64,000 nt of DNA from Saccostrea echinata (lineage: Eukaryota), in NCBI RefSeq assembly GCF_033153115.1, contig NW_026889803.1:63116001-63180000 (forward strand). The letters run 5' to 3'. Shown here in pieces: positions 63,574 to 64,000 of the stretch (its first letter is position 1; every line of letters begins with the position of its first letter). The translations under genes were made by a program, and so were the position numbers. Under the pieces are notes generated by a model. That model made no database searches. It had not been told where the DNA came from and worked only from the letters and a program-made list of their open reading frames with translations.

Positions 63574-64000
63574 CAAGGGCCACGCCCTCTTTCAAGGGGA
63601 GATAATTAGGAATTACTGAAAAAATAATGGCATCATTTAAAAATCTTCTTCTCAAGAACCATAGGGCCAGGAAAGATGAAACTCATGTGGAAGCATCCTT
63701 AGGTAGTGTACATTCAAGTTTGTTCAAATCATGTCCCCCGGGGGTAGGGCGGGGCCGCAATGGAGGATCAAAGTTTTACATAGAAATATATAGGAAAAAT
63801 CTTTAAAAATCTTCTTCTCAAGAACAGCAAAGCCATGATGAGTCATATTTATATGGAAGCATCCTCAGGTAGTTAAGATTCAAATTTGTTCAAACCATGG
63901 CCCGCGGGGGTAGGGCGGGGCCGCAATGGAGGATCAAAGTTTAACATAGAAATATATAGGAAAAATCTTTAAAAATCTTCTTCTCAAGAGCAGCAAAGCC
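63385..64000 (+). mobile_element. HINE with the 166-bp satellite, truncated by the window edge
   Basis: 5' module nearly identical to that of the 21856 copy. Confidence 0.92.

Overview
This is AT-rich, intron-containing eukaryotic DNA, most likely an oyster (Ostreidae). That assignment rests on the 166-bp satellite-bearing Helentron/HINE elements and a RING-less B-box/NHL gene. I reconstructed ten protein-coding loci by hand from GT-AG junctions. In order they are: the 5' end of an unidentified minus-strand gene, NUPR1/p8, RGSL1-like, CMC2, CENPN, a B-box/coiled-coil/NHL TRIM-like gene, a frameshifted repeat-rich orphan, ATP6V0D1, a DUF4476/PROSER1-like gene and the 5' part of a secreted CUB + C-type-lectin gene. 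Eight of the ten form head-to-head pairs. Introns and spacers are packed with non-autonomous elements (HINEs, Crypton-like hairpin elements, hAT-, IS3EU- and Tc1-like MITEs), often nested. The most notable observations are: (1) three 84-108 bp hairpin insertions sharing CAATCT...AGATTG ends and 9-10 bp target duplications; (2) two intronic minisatellites amplified from exon/5'-splice-site junctions, with the GT lost in the nearest copies; (3) a divergent CMC2-CENPN pair, the arrangement I recall in human; (4) an orphan gene broken by an inferable 29-nt deletion. Gene names come from recalled motif similarity; no database searches were run.
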